64,000 nt of DNA, from positions 32,001 to 96,000 of the forward strand of contig CBDDBZ010000038.1 of the NCBI GenBank assembly GCA_965225945.1. The letters run 5' to 3'. The stretch is from Alphaproteobacteria bacterium. Its GTDB lineage: Bacteria > Pseudomonadota > Alphaproteobacteria > GCA-2731375. A program made the position numbers and the translations under genes. The notes under the pieces were generated by a model that was not told the DNA's origin, made no database searches, and saw only the letters and a program-made list of their open reading frames with translations. Shown here in pieces: positions 20,267-29,947 of this stretch (positions are counted from its first letter, which is position 1; every line of letters starts with the position of its first letter).

Positions 20267-21010
20267 ATGACCATGATGGAACGCACCTATGGGTCGGAAT
20301 TGGAGCTGCCGGCAATCGTGCGCGTCAGCCTGTTTTTGCGCCGCTTCGTCCAAATCGTCGGGTCGTGGGCCTCCTTCCTGATCATCCCCCTGGTCCTCAC
20401 CACCATCTTCGACGTCACCGCGCGCAAGATAATAGTGATCCAGATCTTCCTGGTGGAGCACGTCAGCAGGTTCTTCGAATCGACTCTGCTGCAAGAACTC
20501 GAATGGCACTTCCACACCGCGCTGTTCGCCCTCCTTCTCGGCTTCGGTACCGTCTACAACCGTCATGTGCGGGTGGACCTGGTGCGGGAAAGGCTGAAGT
20601 TCCGCAGGCAGGTCTGGATCGAGTTCATCGGCACCACGATCGGCATGCTCCCCTACACGGCGATCGTGATCTATTTCGCCTTCGACTTCGCCTTGGACTC
20701 CTGGAAGATGGACGAGATTTCCGCCTCCCAGGTCGGTTTGACGCACCGCTGGATCATCAAGACGATTCTCCTCGTGGGTTTGGTGATCGCCTTCACTTCC
20801 GGGGTCGCGGTCTGGTTGCAAATGGTGGTTGTTCTCTTCGGGCCCAGGAACCTGCGCTTCCAGTTGATGACCATGGACTGGCCGGAAGAGCGGGACGACC
20901 ACCGAATACAGGTCGAGGACTTGGACGGGGAGGACAGCGAAGAGGCGGTCGTCGCCGTCTCCACTGGCGGCGGCGATTCGGGCGCGCGAGAGGGCGAAGG
21001 ATCCGGCTGA
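20267..21010 (+). CDS. dctQ: TRAP transporter small permease
   Basis: LQELEWH, HVRVDL, about 4 TM segments. Confidence 0.85.
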   Translation: MTMMERTYGSELELPAIVRVSLFLRRFVQIVGSWASFLIIPLVLTTIFDVTARKIIVIQIFLVEHVSRFFESTLLQELEWHFHTALFALLLGFGTVYNRHVRVDLVRERLKFRRQVWIEFIGTTIGMLPYTAIVIYFAFDFALDSWKMDEISASQVGLTHRWIIKTILLVGLVIAFTSGVAVWLQMVVVLFGPRNLRFQLMTMDWPEERDDHRIQVEDLDGEDSEEAVVAVSTGGGDSGAREGEGSG

Positions 21011-21216
21011 GGCGGATCGTTCTTCGCCACCACGCCACCGGCTGGCCCGCCTCGAGGCCCCGGGTAGCGGGTCGATCGGGAAACGGCCCCTCCGCTTCGA
21101 CGACTACGAATATGCGGCGCCGGGCCGCCCCAAATGGTATTTTCGCCGTATCGAGAATGTAAAAAAGGACACGTGACGCGAAGCGAAGGACTTTTTTGCA
21201 GGGAACTACCGGCTGA

Positions 21217-21714
21217 ATGGACTGGTATCACTACGTCAAGAAGTACGTCTGGGACGAGCGGAAGACGCCCTATCTGGTCGCCGTGGCCAAGCTCGACCGG
21301 GGCCAGGCGAACAGCGAGATCTTCCTCTACGCGATGTTCCTGGGCGTGCCTGGCGCGCTGGTCGCCACCGCCGCGACGACGAGCGTGCTGGAAAGCGGCT
21401 CGACGCTCTCGGCCGCGGTCGGCGCCTACGCCCTCACCATCTGCATCGCCGCGGGCACGCTCCACGCCCGCAAGCTGGTCCACGCCGCCTATTACTCGAT
21501 CACGCTGCCCTTGGCGCTGTTGGTCTACCTCTACTACCAGAAGTTCGGCCCGGACATTTCGCTCCTCGACAAGACGGTTCTGGTGATCGTGCTGCTGCTC
21601 TGGCTGCGCTACACGATCCGTGTCGCGGCGATCTGCAAGGCTTACCCGGGCCTGCCCGAGCAGCGCTTCGAGGACGACGCCGAGACGGATAGCGACACCG
21701 GAACCGAGGAATAG
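21217..21714 (+). CDS. Hypothetical membrane protein
   Basis: About 4 hydrophobic segments, host-like codon usage. Confidence 0.65.
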   Translation: MDWYHYVKKYVWDERKTPYLVAVAKLDRGQANSEIFLYAMFLGVPGALVATAATTSVLESGSTLSAAVGAYALTICIAAGTLHARKLVHAAYYSITLPLALLVYLYYQKFGPDISLLDKTVLVIVLLLWLRYTIRVAAICKAYPGLPEQRFEDDAETDSDTGTEE

Positions 21715-21733
21715 TAAGGGGCGCCTTGTTGCC

Positions 21734-22144
21734 CTAACCCTCGGGCTTCTCGTCGTCGTTACCGTGGTCCGTCGAGTGGCTGCCGGGCATGGTGCCGGTT
21801 TTGTAGGACTGTTCGATGGTCCGCATGTGGTCGATGTCGTAGCTCTTGGCCTTGACCCACATACCGCGCTCCTCGATCCAGCGATGGTCAGGATCGAGAC
21901 TCTTCACCAGAAAGAAGTGGCAGGCGAGCAGGATGGTGGTGGCGAACATCGGCCAGAAGCTCCACCAGTAGTCGGAGACCAGCCAATTGATCAGGGCGAG
22001 CCCGCCGTTGAGTGCCAGATAGGCGTAGAGATGTGGCCGCCACAAGTGGCGCGCCTGGTTCGCCAGGCGGATGGCCAGATCGCCGTCCCCGCCGGCCCCC
22101 TCCGACTCGCCTTCCGTTTGCGAACTGGTCTGGTCGTCTTCCAT
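21734..22144 (-). CDS. 2TM domain protein
   Basis: HLYAY..N..L..IN..WW..WP..H; KSYDIDH. Confidence 0.7.
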   Translation of the reverse strand: MEDDQTSSQTEGESEGAGGDGDLAIRLANQARHLWRPHLYAYLALNGGLALINWLVSDYWWSFWPMFATTILLACHFFLVKSLDPDHRWIEERGMWVKAKSYDIDHMRTIEQSYKTGTMPGSHSTDHGNDDEKPEG

Positions 22145-22222
22145 GGGGAGCGGAGTATAGTTTGGTTTGCGCCGGGGGACGAGTCGCCGGCCGTGTAAAG
22201 GACTGTCGGGGAGGATGGGGCC

Positions 22223-22681
22223 ATGGGCGCGGAAGCCAAGTTGGCTGAGTTGGGGATCGAATTGCCGGAGGCGCCGTCGCCGGCCGGCAACTATGTAGGC
22301 GCGGTCGCGGTCGGTGATCTCGTGTTCCTCTCCGGGATGGGGCCTCGGCGGGCCGATGGTGGCTCGATCGCCGGCAAGGTCGGTGACGCGCTCTCGGTGG
22401 AGGAGGGCTACCAGGTGGCTCGCCTGGTCGGCCTCAACGCGCTGGCCACGCTGCGGCGCGAGATCGGCGATCTCGATCGGGTTCGGCGCGTGGTGAAGGT
22501 TCTGGGAATGGTGAACGCGGCGCCCGACTTTCGCGACCATCCCAAGGTGATCAACGGCTTTTCCGATCTGATGGTCGAAGTCTTCGGCGAGGCCGGTCGC
22601 GGTGCGCGCTCCGCCGTCGGCATGGGCTCGCTCCCCTTCCAGATCCCCGTCGAGGTCGAGATGATCGTCGAGGTGGGGTGA
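22223..22681 (+). CDS. RidA/YjgF family protein
   Basis: PAGNY, INGFSDL, ARSAVG, PVEVE. Confidence 0.9.
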   Translation: MGAEAKLAELGIELPEAPSPAGNYVGAVAVGDLVFLSGMGPRRADGGSIAGKVGDALSVEEGYQVARLVGLNALATLRREIGDLDRVRRVVKVLGMVNAAPDFRDHPKVINGFSDLMVEVFGEAGRGARSAVGMGSLPFQIPVEVEMIVEVG

Positions 22682-22808
22682 GGATGGTTCTAGTCCGGGA
22701 GGGTAATCGATTGTTTATCGTTTTCCCGCAAACATCCCTCTGGCCGCGTTCATTCGCCGAAATTCCGCCAAGAATGAGCCGCGCCCGGAATTCAGCGATT
22801 GACGAAGC

Positions 22809-23177
22809 ATGCCAAGTGACGAAAATCTCGAAGTGGTAGAGCCGTCCCCGGATATGGAAGGGGTGCAAAGGGTGGTTGTCGAGAAACGAATTCAGGCCCG
22901 TATTCAGGTCGACATTCCGATTATTGTCGAGATCGATTCAGGTCGCTACGATTGTCGGCTGGAGGACGTCAGCATCGATGGCGCCGGGGCCTACGTCACC
23001 GGTGGCACCGTCCGCGTCGAACTCGGTAAACACGTCCGCCTGGTTTTGCCCGAGCGCGAGGTCTCCGGCACCGCCGGCGTCCGGCGGGTCGACGAGGACG
23101 GCAAGGGCTTCGGCTTGGAATTCGACGACGCCACGATCGGCGCCATCGTCGCCGGCTGGGCGCGCGGCGTCGGCTAA
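22809..23177 (+). CDS. PilZ domain protein
   Basis: EKRIQAR (RxxxR), DVSIDG (DxSxxG), FGLEF. Confidence 0.8.
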   Translation: MPSDENLEVVEPSPDMEGVQRVVVEKRIQARIQVDIPIIVEIDSGRYDCRLEDVSIDGAGAYVTGGTVRVELGKHVRLVLPEREVSGTAGVRRVDEDGKGFGLEFDDATIGAIVAGWARGVG

Positions 23178-23358
23178 CGGCCCGTCCCCATTCGCGGCTG
23201 TCCTCGAGCCGTCGGCGGCGCGAGGATGGACGTCTGTTCGTCGCACCCGGCGAGGCCGTTCCGTGTCCGATCCCCGCATGCCCTTTTGGCCGCCTTCGGA
23301 CCGACCGGCGTCGAGCTCGCCTACCGCCGCCTGAACCCGACGAGGAAGGAGAGGGCAC

Positions 23359-24252
23359 ATGACGCAACTCTATCCGAACGGCATCGCCTTCGTGGAGGGG
23401 GAGTATGTGCCGGTCGAGGAGGCCAAGGTCTCGCTGCTGGATTTCGGCTTCCTCCGCTCGGACGCCAATCAGGACACGGTCTCGGTCTGGCATGGCAATT
23501 TTTTCCGCCTGGAAGACCATCTCGACCGCTTCCAGCGCAACGTCGCGCGCCTGCGCATGACGTCGCCCTTGGACCGTGACGGCCAGCGCGAGGTGTTGCT
23601 GGAATGCGTGCGGCGCACCGGCCTCGGCGATGCCTACGTGCAGATGCTGATGACCCGGGGCCGCCCGCCGAGCGGCAGCCGCGACCTCCGGCTCTGCGAG
23701 AACAAGTACTTCGTCTTCTGCCTGCCCTACATCTGGATCGCCAGTCCCGAAAAGCAGGAGGAGGGGCTGGATATCGCCGTCTCTTCGACCTGGCGCATCC
23801 CGCCCGAGAGCGTCGATCCGACGATCAAGCACTACCACTGGCTGGATTTTCAGATGTCGCTCTTCGCCGCCTATGACGAGGGCCGCGATACCACGGTGCT
23901 GGTCGACCGGCACGGCAATCTGACCGAGGGACCGGGCTTCAACATTTTCGTGGTCGAGGGAGGCGAGTTGCTGACGCCCGACGACGGCGTCTTGGACGGC
24001 ATGACGCGGCGCACGGTCTGGGATCTCTGCGTCGAGACCAACTTGCGCCACCGCGCGACGGCGCTTCCCGCCGAGCGGCTGGGCGCGGCCGACGAGGTCT
24101 TCATCTGCAGCACGGCCGGCGGGATCATGGCGGTGACACGGGTCGATGGCGATCCCGTGGCCAACGCCACCCCCGGCCCCGTGACCATGCGTCTCCGCGA
24201 CCTCTACTGGTCCAAGCGCGAAGCCGGCTGGCACGCAACGCCGGTCTATTAG
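23359..24252 (+). CDS. Class IV PLP aminotransferase, (R)-amine transaminase-like
   Basis: FFRLEDHLDRF, DPTIKH (PLP Lys), EGPGFN, LDGMTR, STAGG. Confidence 0.88.
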   Translation: MTQLYPNGIAFVEGEYVPVEEAKVSLLDFGFLRSDANQDTVSVWHGNFFRLEDHLDRFQRNVARLRMTSPLDRDGQREVLLECVRRTGLGDAYVQMLMTRGRPPSGSRDLRLCENKYFVFCLPYIWIASPEKQEEGLDIAVSSTWRIPPESVDPTIKHYHWLDFQMSLFAAYDEGRDTTVLVDRHGNLTEGPGFNIFVVEGGELLTPDDGVLDGMTRRTVWDLCVETNLRHRATALPAERLGAADEVFICSTAGGIMAVTRVDGDPVANATPGPVTMRLRDLYWSKREAGWHATPVY

Positions 24253-24384
24253 TCAGCTGAAGTATCCGGAACTCGGCGGCTCGAGGAGATCGGACGACAC
24301 CCTGGACCGTCACCGCAAGGATCGGATATCGCCGCGCATCGCCCGCCCGTAGCCTCGCTTCCTCGAGGGACGGGGAGCGCGGCC

Positions 24385-25329
24385 ATGACGCCAGCGATCA
24401 ACACCACGATGACACCCTTGGAATGGGCATTTCTCGTGGCACTGTCGGTTCTCTGGGGCTGCTCGTTCTTCTTCGTCGGCGTCGTCGTCGAGGCGCTGCC
24501 GCCCTTCACCATCGTCGTTCTTCGCGTCGGGATCTCGGCCTTGATCCTATGGCCGGTCGCGGCGTTTTGGGGGGCTCGCGGATTGCGCGACCGGCGCGCC
24601 TGGCCGGCCTTCGTGGCGATGGGGCTCTTGAACAACGTCGTGCCCTTCTCGCTCATCGTCTGGGGGCAAAGCCATATCGCGAGCGGCCTCGCCTCGATTT
24701 TGAACGCGGCGACGCCGCTTCTCACCGTCGTCGTGGCGCGCCGGCTCACGCGCGACGAACGGATGACGCCCGCGCGTCTCACCGGCGTCGTCCTGGGGCT
24801 AGCGGGCGTCGTGGCGATGATCGGGCCGGGCGCGTTCGACGGTTTCGGCGCCGCCGTGCTGGCGCAACTCGCCGTCGTTGCGGCGACGGTCTGCTACGCC
24901 TTCGCCGGCGTCTATGGCCGCCGCTTCCGACGGATCGGCACCTCGTCGCTCGCCACCGCCACCGGGCAGGTGACGGCCTCGGCGGTTCTGTTGGCGCCGG
25001 TAGCGCTGGTCGTCGAGCGGCCGTGGGAGATCGCGATGCCGGGACCGGAGATCTGGGCCGCAATCGTGGGTCTCGCCGCGCTCTCCACCGCGCTCGGCTA
25101 CGTCCTCTACTTCCGCATTCTGGCGACGGCGGGGGCGACGAACCTGTTGCTGGTGACCCTGTTGATACCGGTCACGGGAATTTTGCTCGGCGTGGCCGTG
25201 CTGGGCGAGCGGCTGGCCTCGGAGCATGCCCTCGGCATGGGGTTGATCACACTCGGCCTGGCGGCGATCGACGGACGCCTCGCGCGCCGCCTTCCCGCTA
25301 TTGTTTCGCCCGCTCGGCGCGGGCGCTGA
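24385..25329 (+). CDS. DMT/EamA family transporter
   Basis: LWGCSF, NNVVPF, about 10 TM segments. Confidence 0.9.
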   Translation: MTPAINTTMTPLEWAFLVALSVLWGCSFFFVGVVVEALPPFTIVVLRVGISALILWPVAAFWGARGLRDRRAWPAFVAMGLLNNVVPFSLIVWGQSHIASGLASILNAATPLLTVVVARRLTRDERMTPARLTGVVLGLAGVVAMIGPGAFDGFGAAVLAQLAVVAATVCYAFAGVYGRRFRRIGTSSLATATGQVTASAVLLAPVALVVERPWEIAMPGPEIWAAIVGLAALSTALGYVLYFRILATAGATNLLLVTLLIPVTGILLGVAVLGERLASEHALGMGLITLGLAAIDGRLARRLPAIVSPARRGR

Positions 25330-26071
25330 GAAAGGCGTCTATGACCGCCTGCGGCTCACCCTTGGCGAAAGCCTCCTGCTGGCCCAACACACCGGCGCGG
25401 AAGGCTTCGTCGAAGCCGGCGAGCGCGATTTCTCGGAATCGCGCCTTGGTCCGCTTCCAGGCGGTCGCGGGCTTGGCGGCGAAGGCCTCCGCCACCTCAC
25501 GCGCCTTGGGGATCAATTCCTCGCGCGCCACCATGTGGTTGATCAGGCCGAGCCGGTCGGCCTCCTCGGCGTCGAGCAGGCGGCCGGTCATCGACAGCTC
25601 CTGGTTCTTCGACCAACCGAGGTGCAGGCTCATCCAGTAAGCGCCCATGATGGAGGGGATGGCGGCGTTAATCTCCGGCTGGCCCATGCGGGTCTCGGGG
25701 TGCGCCACCCGCTGGTCCGAGACCAGGGCGATTTGAAAGCCGCCGCCGGCGGCGATGCCGTTCAAGGCGGCGATCACCGGCTTCTCGGTCAGCAGGATCT
25801 GGCGGTAGACGTTGCAGACGGCGCCGAACCATTCCTCGACCTCGGCCACCTGGATGGCGCGCGCCTCGCGCAAGTCGACCCCGGCGCAGAAGGCCCGCTC
25901 GCCCGCGCCCGTCAGCACGATCCCGCGCACCGTGTCGTCGCCGTCCAACGCCACCAGGCCCGCCGCGAGCCTGAGCGCGAGCTCCCGCGTCAACGCGTTC
26001 AGCGCCTCCGGCCGGTTCAAGCGCAGGATGGCGATGCCATCCAGCCGTTCGATATCGACGACCTCGGTCAT
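25298..26071 (-). CDS. Enoyl-CoA hydratase/isomerase family
   Basis: LNRPEALNAL, FCAGVDL, GGGFQ, PEI. Confidence 0.9.
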   Translation of the reverse strand: MTEVVDIERLDGIAILRLNRPEALNALTRELALRLAAGLVALDGDDTVRGIVLTGAGERAFCAGVDLREARAIQVAEVEEWFGAVCNVYRQILLTEKPVIAALNGIAAGGGFQIALVSDQRVAHPETRMGQPEINAAIPSIMGAYWMSLHLGWSKNQELSMTGRLLDAEEADRLGLINHMVAREELIPKAREVAEAFAAKPATAWKRTKARFREIALAGFDEAFRAGVLGQQEAFAKGEPQAVIDAFLSARAERAKQ

Positions 26072-26097
26072 GGCGAGGTCCTTTGCGTATGTCGGCG

Positions 26098-26769
26098 TCA
26101 CTCGGTCGCCACCGCCAGAATCATCGAAAGATGGGCCAGCGGCCGGCCGGTCTCCTCGGCCCAGGCGTTGAACACCTGCTCCGCGGCCGGCCGGCCCTTC
26201 TTGCCCTTGGGCTCGGACTCCAGCGCAGCCCTCGCGACCAACCCGCGCATCACATGGGGCGAAAGCATGAAGGTGTCCTTGCCCACCATGCGCAGAAAAT
26301 AGGCGCCGGAGTTGCCGCCGAGCTGGCTGAAGCGCTTGGTGAGGTCGTCCCACAGCCCGACGACGTCGTCCCCCGGCCAGCCGGCGAGATAGGCCCCCAT
26401 GGCGCCCTCGGTCTCGGCGATCTCGACCATGGCGGCGGCATTGGCGCGGACCGACTTCAGCTTGCCCCAATGGCGGATCAGCCGGGCGTCGGAGAGCAGC
26501 GCCTCCATCTCCTCGTCGCTGAAGGCGCGGACCCGACGCGGCTCGAAGCCGTGGAAGGCGGTCTCGAAGGCCGGCCACTTGCCGTCGACGAGGGAATGCT
26601 TGAGGCCGGCGCGAAAGATCCTGAGGCACATTTGGCTGAGATAGCGGTCGTCCGGAAATTTTCTCAAGCCGGCCGCCGTCGCGACTTTGGGCAGCCGCGC
26701 CTTCAGCGCCGCCTCGCCGCCCGTGCGCCGGCGCGCATCGTCCAGGATCGGTTGGAAGGAAATCATCAC
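26098..26769 (-). CDS. DNA-3-methyladenine glycosylase I family protein
   Basis: DDRYLS, FRAGL, KWPAFETAF, LIRHWGKL, LGGNSG.YFLR..GKD. Confidence 0.8.
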   Translation of the reverse strand: MMISFQPILDDARRRTGGEAALKARLPKVATAAGLRKFPDDRYLSQMCLRIFRAGLKHSLVDGKWPAFETAFHGFEPRRVRAFSDEEMEALLSDARLIRHWGKLKSVRANAAAMVEIAETEGAMGAYLAGWPGDDVVGLWDDLTKRFSQLGGNSGAYFLRMVGKDTFMLSPHVMRGLVARAALESEPKGKKGRPAAEQVFNAWAEETGRPLAHLSMILAVATE

Positions 26770-26897
26770 CTCGTCCTCGCCGCTCGGATCTTTCCCTCGG
26801 AACGAGTTGGATTGTGCCCCAGGCGCGGCCGGCGATCGAGTCGCCCCGGGGGGCTGCGCGGCGTATCCTTCATGGTTCGACGCGGGGGAGCGGGGCG

Positions 26898-27434
26898 ATG
26901 AGCAGGATCTTCGGCGCTATTCGGCAGAACGGCTATGTCGTGCACGACATCGAGGCGGCGATGCGCCACTGGGCGGAGGTGCTGGGGATCGGTCCCTGGT
27001 TTTATGTCGAGCATGCGCCGTTCCGGAACTTCCGCTATCGCGGCCAGCCGTCGGACGTCGACGTCGCCATCGCGCTGGCCAACTCCGGGCCCTTGCAGAT
27101 CGAGCTCATTCAGCAGCACAACGACGCACCCTCGCTCTATCGCGATTTTTTGCAGGCCGGCAACGAGGGTCTGCAGCACGTCGCCTATTGGACCGAGAGC
27201 TTCGACGCCGATTACGCCCGCGCGCTCGCCGCCGGCTACCGGGTCGGCCACGAGGGGGTGACGGGCCGCTTCGGCCCCTTCGCCTATTTCGACACCGAGA
27301 GCCATCCGGGAACGGTGGTGGAGTTGTCGGACATCGGCGGCCCGAAGCGCGCGCTGTTCAAGACCATCGCGGAAGCCGCCGACGGCTGGGACGGCACCGT
27401 GCCCATCCGCCCCTTCCCGGCGGTCGAAGAATAA
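26898..27434 (+). CDS. VOC/glyoxalase family protein
   Basis: RQNGYVV, QIELIQ, GLQHVAY, VVEL. Confidence 0.85.
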   Translation: MSRIFGAIRQNGYVVHDIEAAMRHWAEVLGIGPWFYVEHAPFRNFRYRGQPSDVDVAIALANSGPLQIELIQQHNDAPSLYRDFLQAGNEGLQHVAYWTESFDADYARALAAGYRVGHEGVTGRFGPFAYFDTESHPGTVVELSDIGGPKRALFKTIAEAADGWDGTVPIRPFPAVEE

Positions 27435-27443
27435 GCTGGCGCG

Positions 27444-28220
27444 CTACGCCTCCAGGAAGTCCGCGAGGGCCTGTGCCGGGGGCTTGGCGTAGCCGCCGGC
27501 GCGGCTCGTGGCGGTGCCGTTGATGCGCTGCAGCTTGATCGCCATCTCGGCCAGCTTGACGACCAGCGGGATGCCGCTCAGCACCGGGGCGCCGTCGATT
27601 TCGAAGCCCATCTCGCGGGCGAACAGCAGCATCGGGATGCCGCCGGCCGGGATCACCACCTCGGCGCCGTCGGCCACCAGGGGCGCCACCTGCTCGGCGA
27701 ACCGGTTCTTGACGGCCTCGAAGGCCGCCGGATCGGCGAAGGCGCGCATGAACTCCTCGAGGCTGGTGTCGATGGCGCGGACCCCGGTGACCCGCTGGCC
27801 GAGGCCGTAACGGGCGACCTGGTCCTCGTGCCAGGGAATGAACACGCGGTCGATGGTGACGAGGCCGATGCGCCGCCCGAGCATGCACGCGTGCAGCATC
27901 GTCGCCTCGCCCAGGCCGATCACGGGGATGTCGAGCGAGGCCTTGATCTCGGCCAGTCCGGCGTCCTGGAAGTGGCCGAGAATGAAGGCGTCATGGCCCT
28001 GCCGTTCGGCCTCGATGGCGTTGCGGATGGCCTGGCCGGCGCAGCGGAACTCGGTGAGCCCATGGGCGTGCTTTGCCGAGGGCACGACGCCGTGACATTC
28101 GACCGCGACGCCGGGATCGGCAACCTCGCTCACCAGGGCCTGCAGCCGGGAGAAATATTCGTGATGCTCCACCGGATCGGTGAAGCCCTGATACCAGATG
28201 CGTGTCGTCTCGCCGGTCAT
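27444..28220 (-). CDS. Asp/Glu/hydantoin racemase family
   Basis: GHFQDAGL, IPVIGLGE, GAEVVIPAGG. Confidence 0.8.
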   Translation of the reverse strand: MTGETTRIWYQGFTDPVEHHEYFSRLQALVSEVADPGVAVECHGVVPSAKHAHGLTEFRCAGQAIRNAIEAERQGHDAFILGHFQDAGLAEIKASLDIPVIGLGEATMLHACMLGRRIGLVTIDRVFIPWHEDQVARYGLGQRVTGVRAIDTSLEEFMRAFADPAAFEAVKNRFAEQVAPLVADGAEVVIPAGGIPMLLFAREMGFEIDGAPVLSGIPLVVKLAEMAIKLQRINGTATSRAGGYAKPPAQALADFLEA

Positions 28221-28363
28221 GGTGATGTCTCCCGCCTGTTTTCGCGCCCATGGGCGATAGAATAGCGAAGCCGGCCGCGCGCCGCGCCGTCCCTTGGCTC
28301 CGCGACGTCATGTCAGGCCGCGGGATGATTTAGGATCGCGGGCGGGGAGAGGGGGAATCGCAC

Positions 28364-29260
28364 ATGGCTACCGAACTCACGCTCGTCTCGCTCGCCAAGG
28401 AGGCCTGGCGCGAGAAGCGCGCGCGACTTCGTACCCTGCTCCGGGCGACGATGTTCTTGCCCGTGTTCGCCATGGCGACGAGCGCCTGGGCCTCGAATTC
28501 GACCAGCGGGCGGGCGCCCGTCGACGATCCAGCGAGGCGCGACGTCCAAGCCGACCCCGCCATCGTCCTGGTCGCCGACGGGGAGCGGACAAAACCGCCG
28601 AGCGAGCTTCGCTCCCCGGCGCTGAACCGGTTTCTGGAATACCTGAAGATTGCGCACGTATCGGATTACCGGGCCTTCGCCGTCGATCTCGAAAGCGGCA
28701 AGTGGGGGCTGGGCGAAAGCCCGAGCCAGCCGAAAATCGCGATTCGGAAATCGCTCGAGGACTGTCGCGAGCAAAGAGCGCGCGACTGCCGGAGCTATGC
28801 CGTCGGGGACATCGTCGTCCATGGCTTGGCCGATCGGCGGGCCGAGGTCGCGATCATTCTCTATCAGGTGAAACGCGGCGCCACCAACCAAGACCTCGCG
28901 GCGCTTGTCGCCGAGGACGGCGGCGCGGCGATCATGGCGCTCAGGCGGGCCGTGTTTTACACCGCCGCGATTGGGGGAAGCCCGGAGACGGTGGCGGCCA
29001 TGCTCGAGCGGGGAATCAACGTCGACGCTAGATCGGATGCCGGCGTGACGGCGCTGTTGTACGCAGCGAGCCGGGGACGCGCCGAGGTCGTGGCGCTGCT
29101 GTTGAAGCGCGGCGCCGATGTCAACGCCCGCAACGGCGTCGGCAAGACCGCGCTCGCCATGGCCCTGCACGCGTTGAGTTTCGTGCAGCCGCGCCACTAT
29201 CGAACGGCGGAACACGAGGCGGTGATCCGCCTGCTGAAGGACGCCGGCGCGAGGGAGTAA
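28364..29260 (+). CDS. Putatively exported ankyrin-repeat protein
   Basis: Signal-like segment ending AWA; GVTALLYAA..VALLLKRGADVNA..GKTAL. Confidence 0.8.
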   Translation: MATELTLVSLAKEAWREKRARLRTLLRATMFLPVFAMATSAWASNSTSGRAPVDDPARRDVQADPAIVLVADGERTKPPSELRSPALNRFLEYLKIAHVSDYRAFAVDLESGKWGLGESPSQPKIAIRKSLEDCREQRARDCRSYAVGDIVVHGLADRRAEVAIILYQVKRGATNQDLAALVAEDGGAAIMALRRAVFYTAAIGGSPETVAAMLERGINVDARSDAGVTALLYAASRGRAEVVALLLKRGADVNARNGVGKTALAMALHALSFVQPRHYRTAEHEAVIRLLKDAGARE

Positions 29261-29947
29261 GCGCAATTGACGCGGTATGCGTGCAGAGGCCCACCCGTGA
29301 TTCATATCGCCAAGACGGCTCTCGCGCTACTCGCCTTCGCCCTCGTGGCCACGACCCTTGCCGCGCGCGCGAGTGGCGGGGCCGAAGCCGGTCCGTTATC
29401 GGACAAGCCGACGATCGTCGTCCTCCCCTTCACCAGCCTCGGCGGCGACGCGCACGATGCCTATCTCGTCGACGGATGGACGGACGGCCTCATCGCGGAT
29501 CTGTCCGGCGTCTCGGGTCTGTTCTCGATCGCGCGAAACTCGTCCTTCCCCTATCGAGGCCGGGAATTCAATCCATCGAAGATATCGCGTGAGCTCGGGG
29601 TCCGGTGGCTGGTGACGGGGGCTGTCCGAAACCTCGGTGGCAGGCTCCGCGTCGCGATCCGAATCTTGGACGGGCACTAGGGCAAGGCCACCTGGAGCCA
29701 AGTCCACGAAGGTTCTGGGCAAGAGAATTTGGCGTTGCGGCGGCAAATCCTCGCAGAGCTGTTGAGGGCGCTAGGGGTGAGGTTGAGCGAGGACGAGTCG
29801 GCTGATCTCGGGCAGCCGGAAACCGGTAATTCCCAAGCCTATGACGCCTACCTGAAGGGGCTATATCACTACCATCGCTCGACACCGGACGACTTCGCCC
29901 AGGCGGTACCCGCGTTTTTGCGAGCGATCGAGCTGGATCCCGGGTAT

